This document shows, piece after piece, positions 18,669 through 26,789 of a stretch of DNA of 64,000 nucleotides; position 1 is the stretch's first letter; each line of letters begins with the position of its first letter. Source of the DNA: Planctomycetota bacterium (lineage in GTDB: Bacteria > Planctomycetota > SZUA-567). The DNA is taken from contig OY763323.1 of the NCBI GenBank assembly GCA_963667375.1, positions 2,405,980-2,469,979 on the forward strand. Direction: 5' to 3'. Position numbers and translations under genes: made by a program. The notes beneath the pieces are model-generated. The model did not search any database, was not told the origin of the DNA, and saw only the letters and a list, made by a program, of their open reading frames with translations.

Positions 18669-19352
18669 ATGTTTGAATGTAAGAATGTAAGTATGCATTA
18701 CCGGGTACGTGGAAGCATGGTCGAGGCACTTGATGGGGTATACCTCAAGATTGAGCAGGGGGAATCGGTTTCGGTAATTGGTCCCAGCGGCAGTGGTAAA
18801 AGTACTCTGCTGCTTATTCTGGGAGGCATGCTCTCTCCAACTGCGGGTGAGGTTTATTTCGAACAGGAGAATCTGTATCGCTATAAGCCTGACAAGCGGG
18901 CTCAGATTCGCGGAGCCAATATGGGATTTGTCTTTCAGACCTTCAATCTGATCCCGTATCTTAGTGCCCTTGAGAATGTAATGCTGCCGCTGAGTTTAAA
19001 TGAATATGCTCAGAAGAATCAGCGGGAGCAGGCGGTTAGGGTTTTGGAACGGGTAGAGCTGGGGCACAGGCTAGAGCATAAACCGAATGAACTTTCTATC
19101 GGGCAGCAGCAGCGTGTCGCACTGGCGCGGATGCTGGTGACCAATCCCCGGGTAATTCTAGCTGATGAACCGACAGGAAGTCTTGATCCGGAGACCGGAA
19201 AGAATATCCTTGATTTTCTCGATGAGCTTAATCGTGAAGAAGGGAAGACAGTGATTATGGTTACTCATGATCCGGCTGCAGCCGAACGGGCTGAACGGAG
19301 ACTGCGTATTGTTTCCGGGCAGATTGTCGAGGATGATCTGGTCGTTGTATAA
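18669..19352 (+). CDS. ABC transporter ATP-binding protein (MacB/LolD-type)
   Basis: Walker A GPSGSGKST, signature LSIGQQQR, Walker B ILADEPTGSLD, H-loop VTHD. Confidence 0.9.
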   Translation: MFECKNVSMHYRVRGSMVEALDGVYLKIEQGESVSVIGPSGSGKSTLLLILGGMLSPTAGEVYFEQENLYRYKPDKRAQIRGANMGFVFQTFNLIPYLSALENVMLPLSLNEYAQKNQREQAVRVLERVELGHRLEHKPNELSIGQQQRVALARMLVTNPRVILADEPTGSLDPETGKNILDFLDELNREEGKTVIMVTHDPAAAERAERRLRIVSGQIVEDDLVVV

Positions 19353-19379
19353 AGCTGCAGTTTTAACTGAAAATAGGAG

Positions 19380-19411
19380 GAGACCGCCGTTTTGGCGGTC
19401 TCTTTTTTTTT
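19380..19411 (+). terminator. Rho-independent terminator of the ABC cassette
   Basis: Stem gagaccgcc / ggcggtctc (9 bp), followed by a T9 run. Confidence 0.85.
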
Positions 19412-19665
19412 ATGTCTGTGCTAATGAGTAGAGTTGCAGGAGCTTTATAATAGTTTCATTTATCGGGTTTTTCTAGTTCATTTTTTGGAAATATCTGGTA
19501 GCATACAATAAGTAGTAGATGTAATACTATGAGTGTACTTGTGGATGTGTTTATATGTAAATAAATATACTGTTATATGCTTATTTAGCTTGTTGTTGCT
19601 ATGGTATCAAAATTATTGTTTGGTTCTGGTACTGATCTCGGTCACTTCGGAGTAGAAGCTGGTTT

Positions 19666-21801
19666 ATGTCAAAAAAAACATTTAAAGATGAGTCTGCTGC
19701 GGATTTTGAAATTCAGGATATTGAATTTGAAGATTTATTCAATATTGATGATATACAGAAGCTGCAGGATGAATTTTCAGAGGTAACCGGTGTCGGCTCA
19801 CTGATCACTAAGCCTGATGGTACCCCAATAACCAGACCGAGTAACTTTTGCAGGCTGTGCAATGATATTATCCGAAAAACGGATAAAGGCTGTGAAAATT
19901 GCCGCAAATCTGATGTCGATATCGGGAAGCTTTGTGTTGATGGACCGACGATAAAGCAGTGCCGGAGTGGTGGACTTTGGGATGCAGGTGCGGGGATTAC
20001 CGCCGGCGGCAAACATATTGCGAGCTGGTTTGTCGGGCAAATACGGGATAACACGCAGAATGTTGATAATATCCGCAAGTATGCCATGGAAATAGGTGCG
20101 GATGCTGATGCGGCGGCAGAGGCTTTTGATCAGGTAACATATATGCCGACCGAACATTTTAGAAGTATTGCGGCGGTGCTCTTTACCTTTGCCAATCTGA
20201 TGTCGCAATTGGCATATCAGAATTTGCAGAAAACATTCTTTATAAATGAACACAAGAGAGCTGAAAATGCCTTGCGTGAAAGTGAAGAGCTTTTTCGTAA
20301 TATGTTTAATGTGTCAACTGATGCTATATTTTTACATGAAGCTGATGGAACGATCATTGATGCTAATGAAAGTGCCCTGAAGATGTTTCAACTTACTAAA
20401 GAAGAGGTTTACAACTGTTCAATACTTGATGATTTATCTGCACCCAGTATAACGCGTGGAGACCTTGAACATGTTCTGTCTGCAGCTAATAATGGTGAAA
20501 ACAGGGAATTTGAATGGGAGTCAAAGCGTCCGAAAGACGGTAGCACCTTCCCTTCGATGGTGAGCTTGAAAAAATTCAAGCATCGTGACGGTTACCTGCT
20601 TCTCGCTATAGTGCGGGATATGACTGAATATAAAAAAGCAGAAGAAACACGGGTAAAACTTGAGGAACAGCTCAGGCAAAGTCAGAAGATGGATGCGATA
20701 GGGCAGCTTGCGGGAGGGGTCGCACATGATTTTAATAATATGCTTGGAGGAATAATCGGTGCGGCTGAGGTGTTAAAAGAGTTTTTGCCGGCTGATGAAA
20801 CTGCCCACAAATTGCACCATGTGATTTTGGAGGCCGCTGACAATGCGGCGGCTCTGACCAATAAACTGCTGGTTTTTGCGCGGCATCAGACCAGTATTTC
20901 AACCTCGGTCAATCTGCACAATATTATTCATGAAACCATTGATATTCTTAAACGTACATTGGATAAGAAGATACGTATTGTTGATAAGCTTGCTGCGGGC
21001 TGTGACGTGATTATCGGTGATTCCTCCCAGCTTCAAAGTGCCTTGATTAATCTTGCGATCAACTCTTCACATGCAATGCCGGAGGGGGGAGAGCTGCTTA
21101 TCTCCACCTCGACTATTGAACTTGATGAATTGTATTGCAGCAGCAGTCAATTCAAACTTACGCCGGGGGAATATATTGAAATTGATATCCGGGATACCGG
21201 GACGGGGATACCGGCAGAGATATTGCCGCGGATTTTTGAACCTTTCTTTACGACCAAGGAGGTCGGAAAGGGAACCGGGCTGGGTCTCGCGGCAGTGTAT
21301 GGAACGGTTCGTCAGCATTCGGGGGCGATTTCGGTTTACAGTGAGGTCGGAAGAGGGACATGTTTTCATATCCTGTTGCCGGTGGATAGATCGCATTTGG
21401 AGGCGCATGCAGCTGAGCAGGATGTTATCAGCGGAGTGGGCAATATTCTTGTCGTCGATGATGAATCAGTAATGCGTATAACTGCAGAAGCGATTTTAGA
21501 CTATCTCGGATATACTGTAACCACGGTTGCCAGCGGTAACGAAGCACTTGAACTATTTAGAACCGCACCGGAAAAATTCGATCTGGTGATACTTGATATG
21601 ATAATGCCTGAGATGAACGGTAAGGAATGTTTTTATGCCTTGAGGCAGCTGAGGCCGGATATAAAGGTCATCATTTCTTCCGGCTTTACCCGTGAAGAAG
21701 ATATTGGCAGGCTTAAAGATGAAGGGCTTGCTGGATTTATCCGGAAACCGTTCCGGACATTGGGCTTGAGTCAGCTGGTGGACAGATTAATTTCCAAGTG
21801 A
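19666..21801 (+). CDS. Hybrid sensor histidine kinase/response regulator with N-terminal PocR-like sensory domain and a PAS domain
   Basis: PocR-like Cys-rich region (FCRLCNDIIRKTDKGCENCRKSD). PAS domain (ELFRNMFNVSTDAIFLHE). HisKA H-box GGVAHDFNNML. HATPase N/G boxes (NSSHAM, DTGTGI, GKGTGLGL). REC domain (ILVVDDE...DLVILDMIMP). Confidence 0.9.
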   Translation: MSKKTFKDESAADFEIQDIEFEDLFNIDDIQKLQDEFSEVTGVGSLITKPDGTPITRPSNFCRLCNDIIRKTDKGCENCRKSDVDIGKLCVDGPTIKQCRSGGLWDAGAGITAGGKHIASWFVGQIRDNTQNVDNIRKYAMEIGADADAAAEAFDQVTYMPTEHFRSIAAVLFTFANLMSQLAYQNLQKTFFINEHKRAENALRESEELFRNMFNVSTDAIFLHEADGTIIDANESALKMFQLTKEEVYNCSILDDLSAPSITRGDLEHVLSAANNGENREFEWESKRPKDGSTFPSMVSLKKFKHRDGYLLLAIVRDMTEYKKAEETRVKLEEQLRQSQKMDAIGQLAGGVAHDFNNMLGGIIGAAEVLKEFLPADETAHKLHHVILEAADNAAALTNKLLVFARHQTSISTSVNLHNIIHETIDILKRTLDKKIRIVDKLAAGCDVIIGDSSQLQSALINLAINSSHAMPEGGELLISTSTIELDELYCSSSQFKLTPGEYIEIDIRDTGTGIPAEILPRIFEPFFTTKEVGKGTGLGLAAVYGTVRQHSGAISVYSEVGRGTCFHILLPVDRSHLEAHAAEQDVISGVGNILVVDDESVMRITAEAILDYLGYTVTTVASGNEALELFRTAPEKFDLVILDMIMPEMNGKECFYALRQLRPDIKVIISSGFTREEDIGRLKDEGLAGFIRKPFRTLGLSQLVDRLISK

Positions 21802-21920
21802 GTTCATACGCAGGGATATTCTGCAGTTTATCCGGTTTTTATGCTATTTTAGTGGTAGTGTTTAATCGCAACAGGGTGAAGCATAATACTGCGAATTAAC
21901 CTGACTGGATATCGGCTGCT

Positions 21921-22433
21921 TTATAAAAAATTACTATGCAGGATTTTGATTGCCTGTTGTTTTACGGATTCATCCGTCATTATGCGGCGGCAAATTTCAG
22001 ACCAGCTAAAATTTCTTTCAGAATCCTGGTTGAAGACCCTGATAAATTCAACCCGCACTCTGAAGGGCTTGTATTTGCTGAACAAATTTATGTAACGCAG
22101 TACTTCACGGCTGCCAACATGGAAATATTCAGCTATTGCCATTGCACTCCGTACTATTTCCAAAGCTCCAATCATTTTGGAAGTACGTAACGGCTGTTCA
22201 GACTTGATATATTTCATAAGTGTCTGCAGGTTGTGCCATTCCAAGCCAAGCCTTCTTGCCTGTGAGAAGAGCTCACGGATTGCATCTTCAGTTATCCCGG
22301 TTTTTGTATCCCAGAACTCGGCGATTTCGATAAATGCTGTAGGTTCCAGATTAAATTCATCGGCGATACCAAGTGCAATATATATGGAATGATCCATTTG
22401 AGTGTTAGCGTTAGGGATTAAGGCTGTATTCAT
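21921..22433 (-). CDS. Hypothetical protein, no recognisable domain
   Basis: 170-aa ORF, predicted helical. Possible internal repeat (IALGIADEFNLEPTAFIEIAEFW and SAMAIAEYFHVGSREVLRYINLF). No overlapping better ORF. Confidence 0.5.
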   Translation of the reverse strand: MNTALIPNANTQMDHSIYIALGIADEFNLEPTAFIEIAEFWDTKTGITEDAIRELFSQARRLGLEWHNLQTLMKYIKSEQPLRTSKMIGALEIVRSAMAIAEYFHVGSREVLRYINLFSKYKPFRVRVEFIRVFNQDSERNFSWSEICRRIMTDESVKQQAIKILHSNFL

Positions 22434-22978
22434 TATATTCTCTCGCTTTTGCTTGTTTGTGTTTAGTCGTTTTTAAAGCTGTTTTTAAAACAAATGATAT
22501 TATAAATTTACATATATGTCAAGAAATATTGCTTTTTGCATATATGTTGAAAGGTGGTATGGTAGCTGATATTTTTGTTAATATATTGGTGTACAAGGCG
22601 TTAATTATTTATTCAAAGTTGACGGTTGAATTTCGTTACTGTGGGGAGTTTTTCCGGGAGTGCTGGTGGGGCAAGGTTGACTTGTTTGCGGCAGAAGTAT
22701 GATTCTATAGTTGAAGCCTGAGTGGTTGGAGGTATTCTGCTTTGCTGGCAAGTTATGGTTTCTTAAGCAGTTTGTAATCTGGACGCGGATTGCCGGGGCT
22801 ATGGTGATGGCGTATAGGAATATATTGGTAAATGCCGGTAAGCCGGGAATGACAAGGAAGTTAATTTGATAACAAATCATTATTATAGGTATATAAAATA
22901 TCTACGCCGCAGCTACGAAGGGCTGAGGATATTATATGAAGCAGGTAACTGAAAAATCAGGACAGGATAGAAAATTAT

Positions 22979-23206
22979 TCAGGCGTAGGTGTCGATAATC
23001 TGCTGCGCTGTGGCCATTTTCTGTTCGGTGAACTGTGTCTGGAGTCCACTCTGAATTAGTTTTAGTGCCATATCTCCCTGGATTTCTACTGAATCCTTGA
23101 GCAGGCCTACTACGCCGTCTCCACTTGCTGAGCTATCAGCTGCGGACAGTTCGGCTGAACTTACGGTTGGCTGGTATGATTGTGCTGATACGGCTGAAAC
23201 ATCCAT
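22979..23206 (-). CDS. Small YjfB-like putative motility protein
   Basis: 75 aa. The MDVSAVSA... N-terminus and LLKDSVEIQGDMALKLIQS resemble the YjfB_motility family pattern (MDI..LS....LKKA.D.Q...A..L). Strong GGAG SD and a sigma28-like promoter upstream. Confidence 0.45.
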   Translation of the reverse strand: MDVSAVSAQSYQPTVSSAELSAADSSASGDGVVGLLKDSVEIQGDMALKLIQSGLQTQFTEQKMATAQQIIDTYA

Positions 23207-23247
23207 GTTATTCTCCGTTTTCGCTATAGACTATAAGATTATCATTA

Positions 23248-23274
23248 TTAACGGTCGCGTAAAGAAAATCTTTA
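23248..23274 (-). promoter_or_regulatory. Sigma28 (FliA)-like promoter TAAAG-N14-ACCGTTAA
   Basis: The reverse strand reads TAAAG (23274-23270), a 14-nt spacer, then ACCGTTAA (23255-23248). Consensus is TAAAG-N14/15-GCCGATAA, and the -10 element matches 6 of 8. About 40 nt upstream of the YjfB-like start. Confidence 0.35.
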
Positions 23275-23377
23275 ATTAAAAAATTTATAAATAGTGATGC
23301 GTATAATATCCTGTTATGTGCTGAGAGTTGAAGTGTTGCCGGTAATGGGTCAACTTTTAGCAGCAGTAGACATGGGC

Positions 23378-24103
23378 TTATTCCGGAAACATTTCGGCTA
23401 TTGCAGTTAGTGTCGAGGCTTCTGAAAGTTTAAAAGGACCGATTCGGGTGCGGGTGAGTGTGGTCATGGTTGCAAAACATTCCAGACTTCTGCCGAAATC
23501 ATCGATAAGGGTGCGTATATAGAAGCCCTTACTGACAGCTACCTTTATTCTTCCTTCGATGCCATTGAAATCAAGCAATTCAAGATTATAGGTTTCAACT
23601 TCACGGGGTTCACGTTCAACGGTTTCGCCGGCACGGGCTAGTTCATAGAGTTTTTTGCCATTTTTTTTCAGGGCGCTGTACATCGGTGGCAGCTGCAGGA
23701 TTTTACCGCGAAATATATCGAGGCTGGAGTTGAGCTGCTCTGCGGTAACGGTAAAGTCTGGTGAAGGTGCTTCTGCAGTTACAGCTCCGGTAATATCCTG
23801 AGTGTCGGTGGCATAGCCAAGTCTGAAGCTGGCGATGTACTCCTTATCAAAGTCCTGCATGGCATCGAAAAGACGGGTGGCGTTACCAGCAAAAATCAGC
23901 AGGAGTCCTTCTGCGAGAGGGTCAAGTGTTCCGCCATGGCCTATACGTCTCAGGTGCAGGATTCGCCGCATTTTTGCGACAACATCATGACTTGTCCACC
24001 CGGATTCCTTGTTGAGCAGAAAAATTCCCGGAATTTTACCGATTAAGGCGTTGGGATCAGCTTTAAAGGTTGCCAGCAGCTCTGGAAAAGGTATACTTTG
24101 CAA
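23378..24103 (-). CDS. truB: tRNA pseudouridine(55) synthase
   Basis: GWTSHDVVAKMRRIL..RRIGHGGTLDPLAEGLLLI is the catalytic Asp motif of TruB. TTG start preceded by AAGGAG. Confidence 0.9.
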   Translation of the reverse strand: MQSIPFPELLATFKADPNALIGKIPGIFLLNKESGWTSHDVVAKMRRILHLRRIGHGGTLDPLAEGLLLIFAGNATRLFDAMQDFDKEYIASFRLGYATDTQDITGAVTAEAPSPDFTVTAEQLNSSLDIFRGKILQLPPMYSALKKNGKKLYELARAGETVEREPREVETYNLELLDFNGIEGRIKVAVSKGFYIRTLIDDFGRSLECFATMTTLTRTRIGPFKLSEASTLTAIAEMFPE

Positions 24104-24205
24104 ACGTTTCTCCTTCCGGGGTAATTTAGTCTAGTGTTTTGTGAATATACTGTTATAATTAAATAACTGGAATTTGCAAGGGATTATAGTTTATGATAGG
24201 ATTTT

Positions 24206-25174
24206 ATGTCTGAATTTGAGCGGGTTGATCTGAGTATAATTATAATTAATTTCAATACCGGTTCACTGGTTTGTGACTGTCTGGAGTCGCTGTCGTGTGG
24301 CGTTCGGCGTTACAGCTATCGGGTGCTGGTGGTTGATAACGGTTCTTCCGATGATTCTGTGGCACTGGTGCGTGAACGTTTCCCGGAGGTAACTGTCATT
24401 GAGAATGGGTGTAATCTGGGTTTTGCCGCCGCGAATAATATCGCTCTAAAGCAGGCGAATAGTGAGTACTATCTGCTGCTGAATTCAGACACGGTAATGT
24501 GTGAGGGTGCTATCGATCGGGTACTAGATTTTATGGCGCAACAGGAGGATTGCGGTTTTGCCAGTCCACAGCTTTTAAACCGTGACGGCTCACTGCAGAA
24601 TACGGCGGCTAATTTTCCGACGCTGCTGACCGAGCTGACCAATAAAAGCCTGTTGCGTCTGCTCTTTCCTTCACGTTATTATAAGAAGAAGCTGGTTGCG
24701 GAAGCGCCGCTGGCGGTAGAGTCACTGGTCGGAGCCGCACTCTGTGTCAAAGAGAAGATGACCAAAGACCTTGGATTCTACGATGCCGGCTATTTTTTCT
24801 TTCTTGAGGAGACCGACTGGTGCCGGCGGGGATTGGAGCAGGGCTGGAGATCTTATCTGGTTCCAGATGCGGTGATTTATCATTTGCAGGGGCAGACAGC
24901 TAAAAAGGTGCCGTTTGCGGTGCGTATCGAGTATTGGCGCAGCCGTTATCATTATTTTAAATGCTGCTTTTCATGGTGGGTTATGGTGGTACTGATGTGC
25001 GGATTACTCGTAAAAAATACGATAAATCTGCTGTTGAACTTGCTTGCAGCTCCTTTTTCCGTAAAATCAAGGCATAAGTTTAAGCTGGCGCTTCATATTT
25101 TTAAATGGCATATCCTGGGATTGCCGGCGACTATGGGGCTAAGCCAGCAAAAGAATCTAGCGAAAGGTAAATAA
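24206..25174 (+). CDS. Glycosyltransferase family 2
   Basis: LSIIIINFNTG...VVDNGSSDDS...GFAAANN...LLNSD are GT-A motifs. C-terminal hydrophobic segment. Confidence 0.85.
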   Translation: MSEFERVDLSIIIINFNTGSLVCDCLESLSCGVRRYSYRVLVVDNGSSDDSVALVRERFPEVTVIENGCNLGFAAANNIALKQANSEYYLLLNSDTVMCEGAIDRVLDFMAQQEDCGFASPQLLNRDGSLQNTAANFPTLLTELTNKSLLRLLFPSRYYKKKLVAEAPLAVESLVGAALCVKEKMTKDLGFYDAGYFFFLEETDWCRRGLEQGWRSYLVPDAVIYHLQGQTAKKVPFAVRIEYWRSRYHYFKCCFSWWVMVVLMCGLLVKNTINLLLNLLAAPFSVKSRHKFKLALHIFKWHILGLPATMGLSQQKNLAKGK

Positions 25175-25184
25175 AGGTATTTTG

Positions 25185-26207
25185 ATGGAACGGTTACATA
25201 AATTTTTGGCACATTGCGGTATAGCTTCACGCAGAAAGGCAGAGGAGATAATCCTTGAAGGCCGGGTCGCTATCAATGGTGAGGTCGTAGATGAGCTTGG
25301 CGTCAAGATTGATCCTGAGAAGGATTATGTCACCGTTGACGGGAAGACGGTGCATCAGGAGCGGAAGGTCTATCTGCTGATGCATAAACCCAAGGGTTAC
25401 ACGACTACCGCCGAGGATGAGTATGGACGCAAGACGGTACTCGATCTTGTCCCTCCGGAAATTGCTGAGAGGGTATATCCGGCCGGTCGTCTCGACCGGG
25501 ATAGTGAAGGTCTGATCGTTCTTACCAATGATGGCGATCTTTCATATTATCTGACCCACCCCAGTCAGGGAGTGCGTAAGGTCTATGAAGTTACAGTTAT
25601 TGGGCGGGTCGAGGATAAGGCGATAGAAGATTTGCTTCAAAACGGCGTACGTATCGGACCGGTGCTGGTCAAACCGTCTTTCTGTAAGATAAGTCGCCGC
25701 AGCAAGGAGCGTACTACTCTCAAGATCGGGGTCTCCGAAGGTGTAAACCGTGAGGTCCGGCGTCTGTTTGCAATTCTTGGTCATGAAGTGAAGCGTCTGG
25801 TTCGTCTGGAGGTTGGCCCTTTTACTCTTAAAGGAATATCCAAGGGTAAATGTCGAAAATTAACTGTACCTGAGCTTGAGCATGTATTTGAACTGATGCA
25901 TAATCCGTCTGCCGCCAAACTTGAAGTATTGCAGAAGCTTAAAAGACGCTCAGCCGGTAAGAGGCCGCAGGGAAAACCTGATCCTGCTAAACCTCGCCGT
26001 TACAGCGGTGTGGGCAGGATGAAGAGAATGGGTGAACCAGTAAAAAGCGGTAGCGACGAGCAGAGCAGACCCTTCAAAGGGAAAAGACCTAAGCGTCGGG
26101 ATTCTGCCGCTGTGCCGGTAGAGGTGAAGAAAGATAAGCCAAAGACTAAGCTGAAGAAGAAAACCACTCCACGGCCTGCAGCAGGTAAAAAACATCCATT
26201 GGCTTAG
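25185..26207 (+). CDS. rluB: 23S rRNA pseudouridine synthase RluB/RsuA family with S4 domain and basic C-terminal tail
   Basis: S4 domain (RLHKFLAHCGIASRRKAEEII..GRVAING) and catalytic motif GRLDRDSEGLIVLTNDG. Lys/Arg/Pro-rich tail. Confidence 0.85.
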   Translation: MERLHKFLAHCGIASRRKAEEIILEGRVAINGEVVDELGVKIDPEKDYVTVDGKTVHQERKVYLLMHKPKGYTTTAEDEYGRKTVLDLVPPEIAERVYPAGRLDRDSEGLIVLTNDGDLSYYLTHPSQGVRKVYEVTVIGRVEDKAIEDLLQNGVRIGPVLVKPSFCKISRRSKERTTLKIGVSEGVNREVRRLFAILGHEVKRLVRLEVGPFTLKGISKGKCRKLTVPELEHVFELMHNPSAAKLEVLQKLKRRSAGKRPQGKPDPAKPRRYSGVGRMKRMGEPVKSGSDEQSRPFKGKRPKRRDSAAVPVEVKKDKPKTKLKKKTTPRPAAGKKHPLA

Positions 26208-26299
26208 TCGTTGTTTGAGCTGATGTTGGTGACAGTTCTTTTTTACGCGGTAGTAGAGTAATAAATTATTCTTAAAAATTTGATCTGAATATAAAATAA

Positions 26300-26339
26300 A
26301 ACGATTCGAAGTATGGAAGAGACTTCGAATCGTTTTTTT
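26300..26339 (+). terminator. Rho-independent terminator after rluB
   Basis: Perfect 13-bp stem aacgattcgaagt / acttcgaatcgtt, followed by a T-run. Confidence 0.85.
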
Positions 26340-26789
26340 ACTGCTTCTTTTGCGGTTTGTTTTTGTGTTTGGTATTTCTATATACTGCTATTTGTGTTAC
26401 GGTTCATATATATAAATGAGAACTAATTTATTCAAACTCTTTACTTTACTCAGTGTCTACATGTGTATCATATCACATGATTTCTCTTATTCAAGAAATA
26501 TTTTAAATTAAGTTTAAAAAATAAGTTGAAATAAGTGATTTTTTTGTGTTAAGTTAAATATAACAGCATGTTATTGATGTGATGTTTTGTTGATATTTTT
26601 TAAATAAAGTTAAAATAATAATTTCTTTTTTGTTTTTAAATATCTGCTGATAATAGCAAGGAATATATAATAATTAATAGTGATGGATTGTTTCGAGTTA
26701 ATTCTAAATTTGCGTGAGTTGCGGCGGTGTCAGTCAAGTGCAGACACCGCTATTTATGCGAGTGATTGAATAATGCGGGTGGAAAGCTG

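Noticed and set aside
22457-22880. Two overlapping ORFs (81 aa plus strand, 91 aa minus strand) in the 545-nt spacer
   Set aside because: Neither has a credible SD at proper spacing. The C-terminal half of the 91-aa product is Pro/Thr/Ser/Asn/Gln-rich and low-complexity. The region is kept only as an unexplained-region finding, not as CDS calls.
26300-26339. tRNA T-arm-like string ttcgaatc
   Set aside because: It is one arm of a perfect 13-bp terminator hairpin followed by a T-run. No acceptor or anticodon arms can be built around it. I found no tRNA anywhere in the window.
26340-26789. 450-nt AT-rich spacer between convergent rluB and dnaE, considered as oriC, a CRISPR leader or a small gene
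   Set aside because: It has no DnaA boxes and no direct repeats of CRISPR type. The only features are a 30-codon ORF without an SD (26416-26508) and short 6-bp palindromes. Long AT-rich spacers are a general feature of this window.
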